Shown here one piece after another: positions 38,813 through 48,677 of a stretch of 64,000 nt of DNA. The position numbers and the translations under genes are program-made. Positions within the stretch are counted from its first letter, which is position 1; every line of letters starts with the position of its first letter. Source of the stretch: an uncultured Candidatus Saccharibacteria bacterium (GTDB taxonomy: Bacteria; Patescibacteriota; Minisyncoccia; UBA6257; 2-01-FULL-56-20); contig OZ246418.1 in the NCBI GenBank assembly GCA_965231155.1, forward strand, positions 637,710 through 701,709, in the 5' to 3' direction. The notes beneath the pieces were generated by a model, which searched no databases, was not told the origin of the DNA, and saw only the letters and a program-made list of their open reading frames with translations.

Positions 38813-39562
38813 ATGAGGAAGTTGCTTGGAGTGGTCGCGCTATGCGTGGCCATGGTTGGTCCTCCTTTGGTCGTTTACGCTGGAGGTGAACCCTTGATTG
38901 CCGTCGTCGGCGACTACGGTATGCAGGTCTGTCCCGACGCAAAGGGGCAGACCGACCAGTACGGCCAGTGTGGCCGAGCGTCCGTCGCTCGGACGCTCGA
39001 GAGGATATTCCGGGATCAGCTCTCGGGATCGCCGTGGCGTCGAGGGAAGGTTGTCTCGTTGACCGGCGCTGGTTGGCCGGCCACCCAGTGGACGAACCCA
39101 CTAACGGAAATCGAGTGCCCGCCGTCGCTGACGCCGGATTCGCGATTCCCGTTTTCAGGCGTCCGCAAGCAGGCCTGCGACAGTGGGGTGTCGCTTAAGG
39201 ACTCGATCGTTACGTACTTGGGAGAAGTTCCAGACTACGTCTTGATCAGTTTTTCTAGCGATAATTACCTTTTCGTCACGCCGACCGAGGAGGTTGATGC
39301 GATCGAAGCGATCGCAAACACGCTGGAGACAGCGGGAGCGGAGGTGTTGATCTCCACTCCGCTCCTGGAGGATCTTTCGGGATCCATGTTCCCTTGGCGG
39401 GAACAGGTCGCGACGGAGCTTCGAAGTCGAGGGTTGGTGAATGGCCCCGACTTCATGCTCGTACCGCTTCCACGGTACGACGTACAGTACCTGTCACCCG
39501 AGGGAGCAACGGCAGTTGCTTACCTCTGGTGGGCGAAGTTGCAACCGCAACTCGTCTACTGA
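38813..39562 (+). CDS. Secreted degenerate SGNH/GDSL-like protein, GC-rich
   Basis: GAGGAG SD; signal peptide; IAVVGDY, PDYVLI, DVQYLSPEG resemble SGNH blocks but lack catalytic Ser and His. Confidence 0.65.
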   Translation: MRKLLGVVALCVAMVGPPLVVYAGGEPLIAVVGDYGMQVCPDAKGQTDQYGQCGRASVARTLERIFRDQLSGSPWRRGKVVSLTGAGWPATQWTNPLTEIECPPSLTPDSRFPFSGVRKQACDSGVSLKDSIVTYLGEVPDYVLISFSSDNYLFVTPTEEVDAIEAIANTLETAGAEVLISTPLLEDLSGSMFPWREQVATELRSRGLVNGPDFMLVPLPRYDVQYLSPEGATAVAYLWWAKLQPQLVY

Positions 39563-39578
39563 TTGATTTCTATCTCTT

Positions 39579-39610
39579 GCCCACCGTGCATTGCGCACAG
39601 TGGGTTTTTT
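39579..39610 (+). terminator. Intrinsic terminator
   Basis: CCCACCGTGC...GCACAGTGGG followed by a T-run. Confidence 0.65.
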
Positions 39611-39670
39611 ATTTCAAAATTAAGTTTTTCACAGGTAAATATCTGAATCTATGTGTTAAAATAAGTGGGA

Positions 39671-41428
39671 ATGAAGACCTCCCGTCGTTTTAAAAAACAG
39701 AGGCAATTTTTTGACGTAGTAGAACATCCTTCCGCTCGACCGAAGAGGTTTTTCCCGCGATTCAGTAAGGGTTTTCTTGTGAATCTTCGTCCTCATTTCT
39801 TCCGTCGTTTTCCGTTGATTACCGCCTCGGGACTTTTGCTTATTTTTCTTGGAGCATTTTTTGGGAGAGATTTCTTCATCAAAGCAGAATCTGCGACTTT
39901 TTATCCCCAAACTTGTCTTGGGACTTGGCGGAATGCAATTCTCGCTCAGGCTCAGCCGGAAAGTGTTTCTATGAGTGGATCAATAGATGGAAGTAATGCC
40001 GCAATTTATCCTGGCAACAGAGAGGATATCTTTTGTGGTGGGTTTGTGGGTAACGATAGCCAGGAGTTGGGGAGTATTACCCATGTGGGAGTGACACTTG
40101 CTTGGAGGATTGGAGAAGAGGTGCCGGTTGCTTCAGGTACGCCAGGAGTATTTTTACCACTTCCGCCAGAAACGGAATCCACCAGTAGTAGCGAGTCTTC
40201 GATTACTGAAGAAGCTACTACTACTGAAGCGAAACCAGCAACAAGCGAAGAATCCAAGGAATCATCTCCTGTTCTTCCAGCTGAGGAGGCAGTAATCAAG
40301 GAGGAGTCTCGAGAAGAAACACCAGTTGCTTCTCCGGCTGAAAGTTCAGCGTCTGCACCGGTTGAAGAGACACCACCCCCGACTCCCGCTCCCGAACCTG
40401 TCTCGGAACCTGTTGTAACGCCAGTCGCTCCTGAAGCCTCTCTTTTTAATATTTTTATTTCCCGAGCATTTGCCGAGGAGATTGTGTCATCAGAATCTAC
40501 TACGGCTGAGGTTATAGTGCCTCTCGGTCCACCGATTCAGGCGGTCATTGAAGAACTTCCTAGCTCAACAGAGAAGATCGAAGAAATGGCGACTTCAACT
40601 ACCGAAACACCAATAAAAATTGAGACTGAAGTTTTGCCTCCCGATAATAACTTCTTGATGGTGAGTTATAGCTTTGATAGTTCGAACTGGACAGAGTTGG
40701 GCAAGGTGAATGTAGAAAATTGGCGTCAACTAACGTTTTCTCTGCCAGTATCCTCTTGGGCAGAACTGAGAAATTTACAGATTCGAGTCCAGGGAATTTC
40801 CTCAACAGTTGATCCCTTGCCTCCGGTTTTTCTGGATGGAATGTTGCTTGAAGTTCACTACGATAAAGGGATTCTTGAGGATCCTAATGATAAACCAGAG
40901 GTGGTAACGGTTGCTGGCCCAGCGTCTGTTTCTCCGGAAGAACTCCAGATGACTCAGTCGCAACTTCAGTTGGAGTTGGACAAGGATATCCGAGTTGCTC
41001 CGCACTATAAAGAGAAAGAATGGATTACATTCAATGCTCGAGAAGGGGAGCAGTATGAGGTATATCTGAAGAACGAAGCGACGGGAGAAATCAAACGCCT
41101 GACTACCACACCGAGCAATGAAACCTATCCGGTGATAAAGAATGGCCAGGTAGCCTGGGCGTATTCAGAGGGTTCTACTGGTCGTAAGCGTGGTGAGATT
41201 TTTTTGTATGATATTGCTTCTCAGATAACGATTCAGGTAACTGATGATGAGTTTGTTGATGAGCTTCCAGATTTTGATGAGCAGGGTGTTTTGAGCTGGC
41301 AGAAGACTGATGCTGCGGGAGTTACGCATGGATTTAGATATGACCTAGCTGAAAGGAAGGTGCATCAGATCGATACCACGCCTTTTACTACAGTCGCACC
41401 CTTAGATGAAGGAGGTGATAATCTATAG
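39671..41428 (+). CDS. Membrane-anchored surface protein: split beta-sandwich, acidic/Pro linker, TolB-like C-terminal repeats
   Basis: Basic N-terminus plus TM; E/P/T-rich linker; EVYL.....GEIKRLT...NETYP and EIFLYD......QVTDD...D..P repeats. Confidence 0.8.
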   Translation: MKTSRRFKKQRQFFDVVEHPSARPKRFFPRFSKGFLVNLRPHFFRRFPLITASGLLLIFLGAFFGRDFFIKAESATFYPQTCLGTWRNAILAQAQPESVSMSGSIDGSNAAIYPGNREDIFCGGFVGNDSQELGSITHVGVTLAWRIGEEVPVASGTPGVFLPLPPETESTSSSESSITEEATTTEAKPATSEESKESSPVLPAEEAVIKEESREETPVASPAESSASAPVEETPPPTPAPEPVSEPVVTPVAPEASLFNIFISRAFAEEIVSSESTTAEVIVPLGPPIQAVIEELPSSTEKIEEMATSTTETPIKIETEVLPPDNNFLMVSYSFDSSNWTELGKVNVENWRQLTFSLPVSSWAELRNLQIRVQGISSTVDPLPPVFLDGMLLEVHYDKGILEDPNDKPEVVTVAGPASVSPEELQMTQSQLQLELDKDIRVAPHYKEKEWITFNAREGEQYEVYLKNEATGEIKRLTTTPSNETYPVIKNGQVAWAYSEGSTGRKRGEIFLYDIASQITIQVTDDEFVDELPDFDEQGVLSWQKTDAAGVTHGFRYDLAERKVHQIDTTPFTTVAPLDEGGDNL

Positions 41429-41437
41429 ATTTTTCTT

Positions 41438-44400
41438 ATGCAATCCCATCGTTATCCTCGACATTTTCTTCTAGCCATTTTCCTTCTCTTTGCTTTTGGA
41501 TCTTCCTTGATTCCTCCTCGTTGGTTTTTTTCTGACCTTGGACAGCCACCAGAAAGTAAGGCGGCCTATTCAAGTCCGACACGTGCAAAAACGGTAGAGT
41601 TTTTTATTGGACAGTTTAGTGCTGATGGTACAACTGGAAAAAATACTAACACCAATAATACTTTGCCTAATGCGGCGAGCACGACTATTCGATTGGTTGA
41701 AAGTAATGTGGTGGTGAAGAACGCCTATGTTGAATATGAATTTCAGTTTAGCGCATATTCGGGAGCAACGATTAATAGTTCGACACTAACCTTTGATGCT
41801 TGTGTGGCTTCTTGTGCACCGGATGCTTGGTCGGGTACGGGGAGAGCCTCGACTACAGATTCCACTACACTAGAAACTGATTCGGGAGAGTCGAATACTG
41901 CGCGTATGTATTTGAATGTAACAAACGAGTCGCAGATTGCGAACTATAAGGGGTCAGCGAGTGGTTCTTTGGCTGTTCAGGCAGGGTATCGTTTTCGATT
42001 TACATCAGCTGCGAATAACATTGCCAATGCTTCGGCAAAATTAGTGATTACTTATACCTACGACGAGAGTTCTCCGGAAGTTACGAATACAATTATCTAT
42101 CCGCTAGAGTCACAACGATCGGGCGACCGAGGAACTCAGGGGGCTTTGGCTATCAGCAGTTGTACTGTTGGGTCAGACTGTCCAGCTTTTTCATACAATA
42201 TGATCCTCTCCGATCTTTCGACCAGCAGCAATCGTTTGGCTCAGTGGTTTTATTTAGGTGGGGTAAGTCGTGCCAATACCACAGCTGATCAGACTCTTTT
42301 TGCTCAGATAGGTGCGAATGCGGGAGCAACTACGACTCTCGAGGAAGCTCTCGGTGATAATGATGGAGGTTACTACTGGTATTTTAGCTCCTCTACTGGT
42401 TTTCTTGCCAACGCTACTCAGACTTTGAATGTGAAACCAGCTGGTACTAATGCTGATATGGCCCTTGTTGGTGGTGAAGTAGTGGAGACGTACCGCGCTT
42501 CAAGTAGTGCAGCAACTCGAATGAAAACTGTTCGGTATGGCTTGGGGGAGATTAATACGCTTTCCAACACGACAAAAACTAATAACTCGGTGAATGTATT
42601 TTTTCCAGAGAGTGGGGTATCAATTAAAAAAGCTTGGGTACGGTTGACCACCTCCTTCGACGGTACGGCGGTTACTAAAGAGCTTTATGTATCTACGAAA
42701 GTTGGAAGTAGCGGAAGTGAGAGTGCTAGTACAACTTATTTAGCCTCGTGTGGTGTGCAATGTGTCAGTAACGACATAAAAATATTTCATGTACTTCCTT
42801 CTTCCACATACGCAACCTTGGCAGCGGCGACTGCGGTGACTTCCACGCCGGTCACCGTATACACTGAGTGGGAGACAGCGAAGGGGGCTGTTTCTGGAGA
42901 GCTGCTCATCACCTATAGCTATACTGGAGAAACTGGAGGATATCAGGTGACGCATAGTATTTTTGCCGGTCAGGCGACATCCAGTCCAGCGACTTCTGTG
43001 ACATTTGCGAATATTGATCCAGCTCTCCCGGACACTGGAGGGACCCTCTCTGTTCCCGCCGCCTTTCTCGAGGCAAATATGCTGTACTCTGAGGCTGACG
43101 GAGTGCCAACTGCCGATCCTCAATTCGGGGCCAGTATGGCAAGTACAACCTGTAGTGTGGGGAATTCTTCCTCAACAAAAACAAGTGATACGGAAAATAC
43201 TCGTTTTCTTTTACATAAAGATGTCTCTTCGGCGTTTTATGCTTCCGACTCCGTAACTTATAAGACGTGCTATGCCAGTAATAGTACAGGTAAATTTAGT
43301 GGCACGTTGGTTTACACATATCAAAATGCATTTCCGAATCTCGCCCAAGCTTCGTATCACTGGCGAAACGATGATGATTTCCGGGATGCGATAGTGACGT
43401 CAACCCTCGATGCTCTTGGTGGCACATTTCCTTCTTTAGCGCTCACTTCAAGTGGCATCCCTGTTGTTGCTTATGTAGATTCTAACAGTAAACTGAGAGT
43501 TCTTTTGTGTGGGAATACGGAGTGCTCGAGTGGAAATACAACAAGTAGTCCTGATTCAGGGACAACTATTTTAGATACAACAATCGGTATACTGATTCGT
43601 TCTGACGGTAAGCCATTAATCTCCTATGGACGAAGTTCTGATGGTAATCTTATCTTTTTAAATTGTGGGAATAGTTCGTGTTCTAGCGGTAATGTGACGA
43701 GTAGCTTGATCTCTGGTGCTGGTTACTACTCCTCTATGGATTTTAATTCTTCCTCAAATCCAGTGATCCTTTCTTATCATTCAAGTGGTGGGAGTGTTCG
43801 CCTGTATCGTTGTGGCAATGCAACTTGTTCGAGTGGGAATAGTTCGAGTAGTATCTTGACCGAAACTTCAGCCTATCACTCTCTTGCCTTGTCTTCGGAT
43901 GATCTTCCCAATATGAGTTTTTACTCGGCGTTCGGCTTACGATTTGGTCATTGCACCATAGTCGCTTGCGCGAGTGTGACACCAACCACTCTCCATAACG
44001 CGGGAGTAAATCAGTACACATCACTCGCGCTCGATGCCAACAACATTCCTTCTGTTGCTTACTTTGATTCCTCGAATAATATCAGGCTTTATCGCTGTGA
44101 TGATGTGACTTGCAGTAGTGGCACCTCTACTATACTCAGTTCAGGCGGTGCTTTTTCTGGACATGTTTCGTTAGCTCTTGGTTCGAGTTCCTTGCCATTC
44201 ACAAGTTATGCTCTAGATGGAACGTTGAGACTTGCTCATTGTGGTAACCAAGGATGTTCCTCAACAAGCAGTGATTCTACGATTATAGACCAGAGTTCTT
44301 TTACCGGATTCTATTCTTCCCTCGAACTCGATACTAGTTATAATCCTGCTATTGTATACCAGGATGCAGGTGGGGGTAGTCTAAGATTTGCCAAGGTTTA

Positions 44401-46591
44401 TTTGGCTTCTTCGGCAACAGGTGGTATCCAGAATACGGCTTTTAGTACTGCCCAAAATGGGGTTTCTTATAAATTAAGAATTGGTCTTGATAACATCGGT
44501 GCGGGAATAGCCACTTCTACATTTCGTTTAGAATATGGCTTAAAAACTGGGGGAAGTTGTGAGGCGATTGGTGTCTGGACGACAGTTGGTGCACCGGGAG
44601 ATAGTACTGATATTGTTATGGCCAGTTCTTCGAATATGACGAATGGCTCGACCACTTTAGACATCTCTCGCGCTGATGGGGGAGTGACTAGTAACCAGAG
44701 TAGTACATTTACTGCGGGAGAAACGAAGAATACGACTTCCACTACTTCTGTCCTCTCGCTTTCCGGACAGACAATTACCGAGCTCGAATTTGCGATCAAA
44801 GGAACGGTCAACTCGACTTCGAGCAATCCCTACTGTTTCCGTTTGACTAAGGCGGGGACTGCGCTTGATGCCTATACGAACTATCCTCAGATTCAGTTTC
44901 ATTCAGTGCCGACAGTTGCTTCAATTTCTGTTAATAATTCCAATCCTATTACACTGATAGCGAATACGACCACCACTATTTCGGTCAATTTCCAGATTTC
45001 TGATAGCGATGGATGCAGTGATGTATTTACCAGCGGGAATGTGACCACCACTCTCTATAGGACTTCAAAGACATCAAGTTGTGAGGCGAATACTTTTAAT
45101 TGCTATAAAGCTTCTTCAGTTACAGTTCATAGTTGTAGTCCACCTGGTACGTCGGCAAATGCTACTACCACCTTCTATATTCAGTATTTCGCTGATGCAA
45201 CTGACGCAAGCTCGAGTTACACAACCGACAGTTGGCGGGCAACTATTGATTTTGTTGACTCGGCTGGTCTTGGAGGGAGTAGCTCTTCGGCCACCACCTC
45301 GTTAAGTACTTTAGTTGCTATAGATATTTCCACCTCATCTCTTAGCTATGGAACGGTAACGGCAGGGAGTGATACCAGTAGTACTAATCAGACGGTGACT
45401 ATCAAAAACGCGGGAAATTCTTCTACCACGCTCAAGATAAACGGAACAGCCCTGACTTTGAGCGGGAATTCTCTGGCCACAAGTTCTCAGCATTACGCTA
45501 CTTCGAGTTTCACTTTCGGGGGAAGCGAGCAGGCACTGAGCGACACAGCAACCACTATCTCAGGAGCTACTCTCTTGGGAAAACTGATCAGTCCTTGGGT
45601 GTCTAATACAGCACTTCCAAATTCCATTGTATATGATGGTTTTCTCGGAACTGACTCTTATCTTTATGTTCTTGGAGGGCGTAAAGATTTTGGTTCATCT
45701 GAAACTTCGACTGTTTGGTTTGCACCAGTCAGTCCAACGGGTACGGTAGGTTCCTGGGCCACGACTACCCCACTTCTCTATTCAAACGAAAATTTTGGGT
45801 CGACTAAATATGGGAATTATATTTATGTCGGAGGAGGAGCAAACGGTACTAGCACTATGACGTATGCGTTTATGAACAGTAGCGGTACACTGGGTTCCTG
45901 GGCTACCACCACTCCACTTCCTTATCTTGCAACATATCCTAGGTTCACTGCATACAATAACTATCTCTATTTAAGCGGTGGTTATGCAAATTTTGGCTTA
46001 CCGACTTCTAGCGTATTTTATGCACCAATTAATGCGAATGGTTCCATTGGCAGCTGGGCTACCACCACTCCATTAGATGTCACTTATGTTTCGAATCATG
46101 GTTTTGAGGCATACGACGGGTATCTTTATTTTGCTGCCGGTTCGGGAGTTGCTTCTCAGTCTTCTAGCTTTGCCGTTATAAACGCAAACGGCACTATTGG
46201 GAGTTGGACTGATGGTCCTCAAATCGGATTATTTTCAGGACATACTCTTATTCCTTTCCAGGGAGTACTTTATAGTCTTGGAGGATCTTTTGTAACAACT
46301 AACCAGCTACCGACCAGCACTCCTTTCGCAGTGATAAATTCGACTTCACCGAAGTTAAGTAACTGGTCGTTTGAACGTACTTCTCCTCATAATCTCAGCC
46401 TTAGTAAGGCTGCCAGATCGGGAAGATATGTATATCTAATAGGAGGAAGCGATGGTAGCACTGCCACTAGCTCTCTTTTTTCAGCAGAATTATCAGCTAG
46501 GGATCTTTATTTTGGCGCTTCGGTGAGTTCTAGCGCAAAAGTTGGCACATACACTGGAACAAATACCTTTACTCCGTTTTTCACGCCTTGA
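41438..46591 (+). CDS. Large (1717 aa) exported adhesin-like protein: CxxxxC propeller, module shared with the next gene, inserted Kelch propeller
   Basis: Six LR...C....CSS blades; six YxYxxGG / W....PL Kelch blades; strong similarity to 46659-47609. Confidence 0.88.
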   Translation: MQSHRYPRHFLLAIFLLFAFGSSLIPPRWFFSDLGQPPESKAAYSSPTRAKTVEFFIGQFSADGTTGKNTNTNNTLPNAASTTIRLVESNVVVKNAYVEYEFQFSAYSGATINSSTLTFDACVASCAPDAWSGTGRASTTDSTTLETDSGESNTARMYLNVTNESQIANYKGSASGSLAVQAGYRFRFTSAANNIANASAKLVITYTYDESSPEVTNTIIYPLESQRSGDRGTQGALAISSCTVGSDCPAFSYNMILSDLSTSSNRLAQWFYLGGVSRANTTADQTLFAQIGANAGATTTLEEALGDNDGGYYWYFSSSTGFLANATQTLNVKPAGTNADMALVGGEVVETYRASSSAATRMKTVRYGLGEINTLSNTTKTNNSVNVFFPESGVSIKKAWVRLTTSFDGTAVTKELYVSTKVGSSGSESASTTYLASCGVQCVSNDIKIFHVLPSSTYATLAAATAVTSTPVTVYTEWETAKGAVSGELLITYSYTGETGGYQVTHSIFAGQATSSPATSVTFANIDPALPDTGGTLSVPAAFLEANMLYSEADGVPTADPQFGASMASTTCSVGNSSSTKTSDTENTRFLLHKDVSSAFYASDSVTYKTCYASNSTGKFSGTLVYTYQNAFPNLAQASYHWRNDDDFRDAIVTSTLDALGGTFPSLALTSSGIPVVAYVDSNSKLRVLLCGNTECSSGNTTSSPDSGTTILDTTIGILIRSDGKPLISYGRSSDGNLIFLNCGNSSCSSGNVTSSLISGAGYYSSMDFNSSSNPVILSYHSSGGSVRLYRCGNATCSSGNSSSSILTETSAYHSLALSSDDLPNMSFYSAFGLRFGHCTIVACASVTPTTLHNAGVNQYTSLALDANNIPSVAYFDSSNNIRLYRCDDVTCSSGTSTILSSGGAFSGHVSLALGSSSLPFTSYALDGTLRLAHCGNQGCSSTSSDSTIIDQSSFTGFYSSLELDTSYNPAIVYQDAGGGSLRFAKVYLASSATGGIQNTAFSTAQNGVSYKLRIGLDNIGAGIATSTFRLEYGLKTGGSCEAIGVWTTVGAPGDSTDIVMASSSNMTNGSTTLDISRADGGVTSNQSSTFTAGETKNTTSTTSVLSLSGQTITELEFAIKGTVNSTSSNPYCFRLTKAGTALDAYTNYPQIQFHSVPTVASISVNNSNPITLIANTTTTISVNFQISDSDGCSDVFTSGNVTTTLYRTSKTSSCEANTFNCYKASSVTVHSCSPPGTSANATTTFYIQYFADATDASSSYTTDSWRATIDFVDSAGLGGSSSSATTSLSTLVAIDISTSSLSYGTVTAGSDTSSTNQTVTIKNAGNSSTTLKINGTALTLSGNSLATSSQHYATSSFTFGGSEQALSDTATTISGATLLGKLISPWVSNTALPNSIVYDGFLGTDSYLYVLGGRKDFGSSETSTVWFAPVSPTGTVGSWATTTPLLYSNENFGSTKYGNYIYVGGGANGTSTMTYAFMNSSGTLGSWATTTPLPYLATYPRFTAYNNYLYLSGGYANFGLPTSSVFYAPINANGSIGSWATTTPLDVTYVSNHGFEAYDGYLYFAAGSGVASQSSSFAVINANGTIGSWTDGPQIGLFSGHTLIPFQGVLYSLGGSFVTTNQLPTSTPFAVINSTSPKLSNWSFERTSPHNLSLSKAARSGRYVYLIGGSDGSTATSSLFSAELSARDLYFGASVSSSAKVGTYTGTNTFTPFFTP

Positions 46592-46595
46592 TCTT

Positions 46596-46604
46596 TTATC
46601 CACA
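46596..46604 (+). promoter_or_regulatory. Consensus DnaA box upstream of an extended -10 (TGATATTAT, 46625-46633)
   Basis: Exact TTATCCACA in an intergenic position; function not demonstrated. Confidence 0.45.
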
Positions 46605-46658
46605 CCTGAATATTCCAAGATCTGTGATATTATGAAAAAGTATAAAGAGGGAACTCAT

Positions 46659-47609
46659 ATGCAACTTGAATCCAATAGATCATTAATCGGTTTTTCTTTG
46701 CTGTTCGCAATCTGTTTGATTAGTGCCTCTTTTATTTTTCAGACTGTTTTTGCGGCGAATTTAACAACTTCCTTGATAGTAGGTAACGCTAGTCCAACAG
46801 TTGATACCGTTACCGTCAATAATGCTACTACTACGATAAATCTTAACTCGGGGAGTACTTTGAATAATGGTACGACGACAGTAACTATCAATTTTTCCGT
46901 CACTGACAATAATGGTTGCTCGGATGTCTTTTCGAGTGGCTCGTTGGCAATCCTTTTTTATCGCACCACCATCACTTCTTCCAGCTGTAATAGTAGTCAG
47001 AGTAACCTCAATTGTTATAAAGTTACGACTTCAACAAACAGTTGTTCTGGTGCTAACGTGAATGCGAATGCCACAGCGACTGTCGATGTTTATTATTTTG
47101 CCAATGCCACTGATGCGAGTTCCAGCTTTCCGTCGACAGATTGGCGAGCGACAGTGATCGCCACTGATGGAAGTGCCGGGAGCGGCTTCCGTGATTCTTC
47201 TGGGATTGAAGTGAATACTTTAGTAGCTATAGATGTGACTACTTCTTCTATTAACTACGGAACGGTGACTGCCGGGTCCGACACTAGCTCCACTAATCAG
47301 ACGGCCACCACCACGAATGCTGGTAATGCTTCTACGACGCTACAACTTTCAGCACAGCAAACTTTGAAGTTTGGTGCGAATGCAATTGCCACTTCTAGTC
47401 AGCGATATGCGACTTCTGCCTTCACCTATGCAGGGGCTAGCGTACCACTTTCGGATTCTGCCACCACGGTTAGTGGTTTCTTATTGACCTCCCCAACGTC
47501 GACTACAAATGTGGCCGGGGCTTCGTTCTGGGGAGTTTCCGTTTCTAGTAGCTATCCGACCGGAACATATACTGGTACGACTATTTTTGGAGCCCTGTTC
47601 CAGCCCTAG
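46659..47609 (+). CDS. Exported beta-rich protein, stand-alone copy of the module in the 1717-aa protein (putative structural subunit)
   Basis: Signal peptide ending VFA-A; shares GCSDVF, YFA.ATDASSS, YGTVTAGSDTSSTNQT, GTYTGT with the upstream gene. Confidence 0.88.
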   Translation: MQLESNRSLIGFSLLFAICLISASFIFQTVFAANLTTSLIVGNASPTVDTVTVNNATTTINLNSGSTLNNGTTTVTINFSVTDNNGCSDVFSSGSLAILFYRTTITSSSCNSSQSNLNCYKVTTSTNSCSGANVNANATATVDVYYFANATDASSSFPSTDWRATVIATDGSAGSGFRDSSGIEVNTLVAIDVTTSSINYGTVTAGSDTSSTNQTATTTNAGNASTTLQLSAQQTLKFGANAIATSSQRYATSAFTYAGASVPLSDSATTVSGFLLTSPTSTTNVAGASFWGVSVSSSYPTGTYTGTTIFGALFQP

Positions 47610-47733
47610 TCGTTTACTAATCTAAGTACCAGAAGAAGTTTTTATGGCGATATTTTTTCACGCACGGGAAGCCCTAGGAAAGGGTTTTTCTTGTTTGCAT
47701 CCAGGTGAAGAAAGACGGTATAATTCAGTGGTA

Positions 47734-48639
47734 ATGGGCAAGTACCATGGTTTTTGGTGGGTATTTTTATTGATATTTTTTGTTTTCCCACTATCTCAGG
47801 TGGAGGCTGGTTTTGGTATCTCTCCGCCGTATTTCAGCGCCGAACATCTTGTACCAGGTGTTACTTATGGGCAGAGTATTTATTTGGTCAGAGATGATCC
47901 TAGTATGGATCTCCCTATGCGTGCTGAATTAGAGTTGAATCCACCAAGTGTCAAAGAGTGGCTAACCGTTGATCCAGGAATTGAGTTCGTCATTCCAAAA
48001 GGAGTGCGCCAGTTTCCAGTAACCATTAAGGCCAAGGTTCCTAAAGATATTAAACTTGCCTCATATGGAGGTAATATTCGTTTTGTTACAGTTCCTCCAA
48101 AAAATGGTCAGGTGACTATTGCCTATGGTGCAAATCTTCAGCTAAACCTGGTGGTTGGAGAGGGAATTTTTAAAAAGTTTTCTGTGCCACTGGTGAAGAT
48201 TCTAGATATCGAAGAGGGTTGGGATCCTCGTGTTTTGATTCGCTACAATAACGAAGGTAACGTTACAGAAAGTCTGACCGGCGCAACGTTTGAGGTTCGA
48301 GATCAGTTCGATAGTGTCCGTCTTGGATTTGTTCAAACTAAAGATAACTTCCCTGAAATTCCTGCTTTCGTATCTCAAGAACAAACCGTTGATTTCCCAA
48401 TCGATACTCACCTGAGTTTAGGGCAGTACTACGGCCTTATTAATCTTTATCAGGGTGATAAGCTAGTCGCCAGTCAGAAAATGGTTTTCAATGTTCTCCC
48501 GCCAGGAACCTTTTCTGGTTTGTGGGGAAAAATTTTGGGATATTTGAAGATTCGACAGTTCGGCCCTTACTACCTAATTGGAATTTTAATCTTAGGGTAT
48601 ATCTTTATTTTTTCGAAGCGTAGGAAAGATCGTCGCTGA
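47734..48639 (+). CDS. Two-Ig-domain membrane-anchored protein, DUF916/CscA-like architecture
   Basis: Signal peptide; FGISPP.F....L.PG; NEGNV; C-terminal TM plus KRRKDRR; TATAAT 9 nt before ATG. Confidence 0.7.
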   Translation: MGKYHGFWWVFLLIFFVFPLSQVEAGFGISPPYFSAEHLVPGVTYGQSIYLVRDDPSMDLPMRAELELNPPSVKEWLTVDPGIEFVIPKGVRQFPVTIKAKVPKDIKLASYGGNIRFVTVPPKNGQVTIAYGANLQLNLVVGEGIFKKFSVPLVKILDIEEGWDPRVLIRYNNEGNVTESLTGATFEVRDQFDSVRLGFVQTKDNFPEIPAFVSQEQTVDFPIDTHLSLGQYYGLINLYQGDKLVASQKMVFNVLPPGTFSGLWGKILGYLKIRQFGPYYLIGILILGYIFIFSKRRKDRR

Positions 48640-48677
48640 GTGGTCGGAATTTCGTAGTGAACATTATAATAATCTAT

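Noticed and set aside
46596-46604. Replication origin
   Set aside because: A single DnaA box in a short intergenic gap, with no box cluster, unwinding element or dnaA/dnaN nearby.
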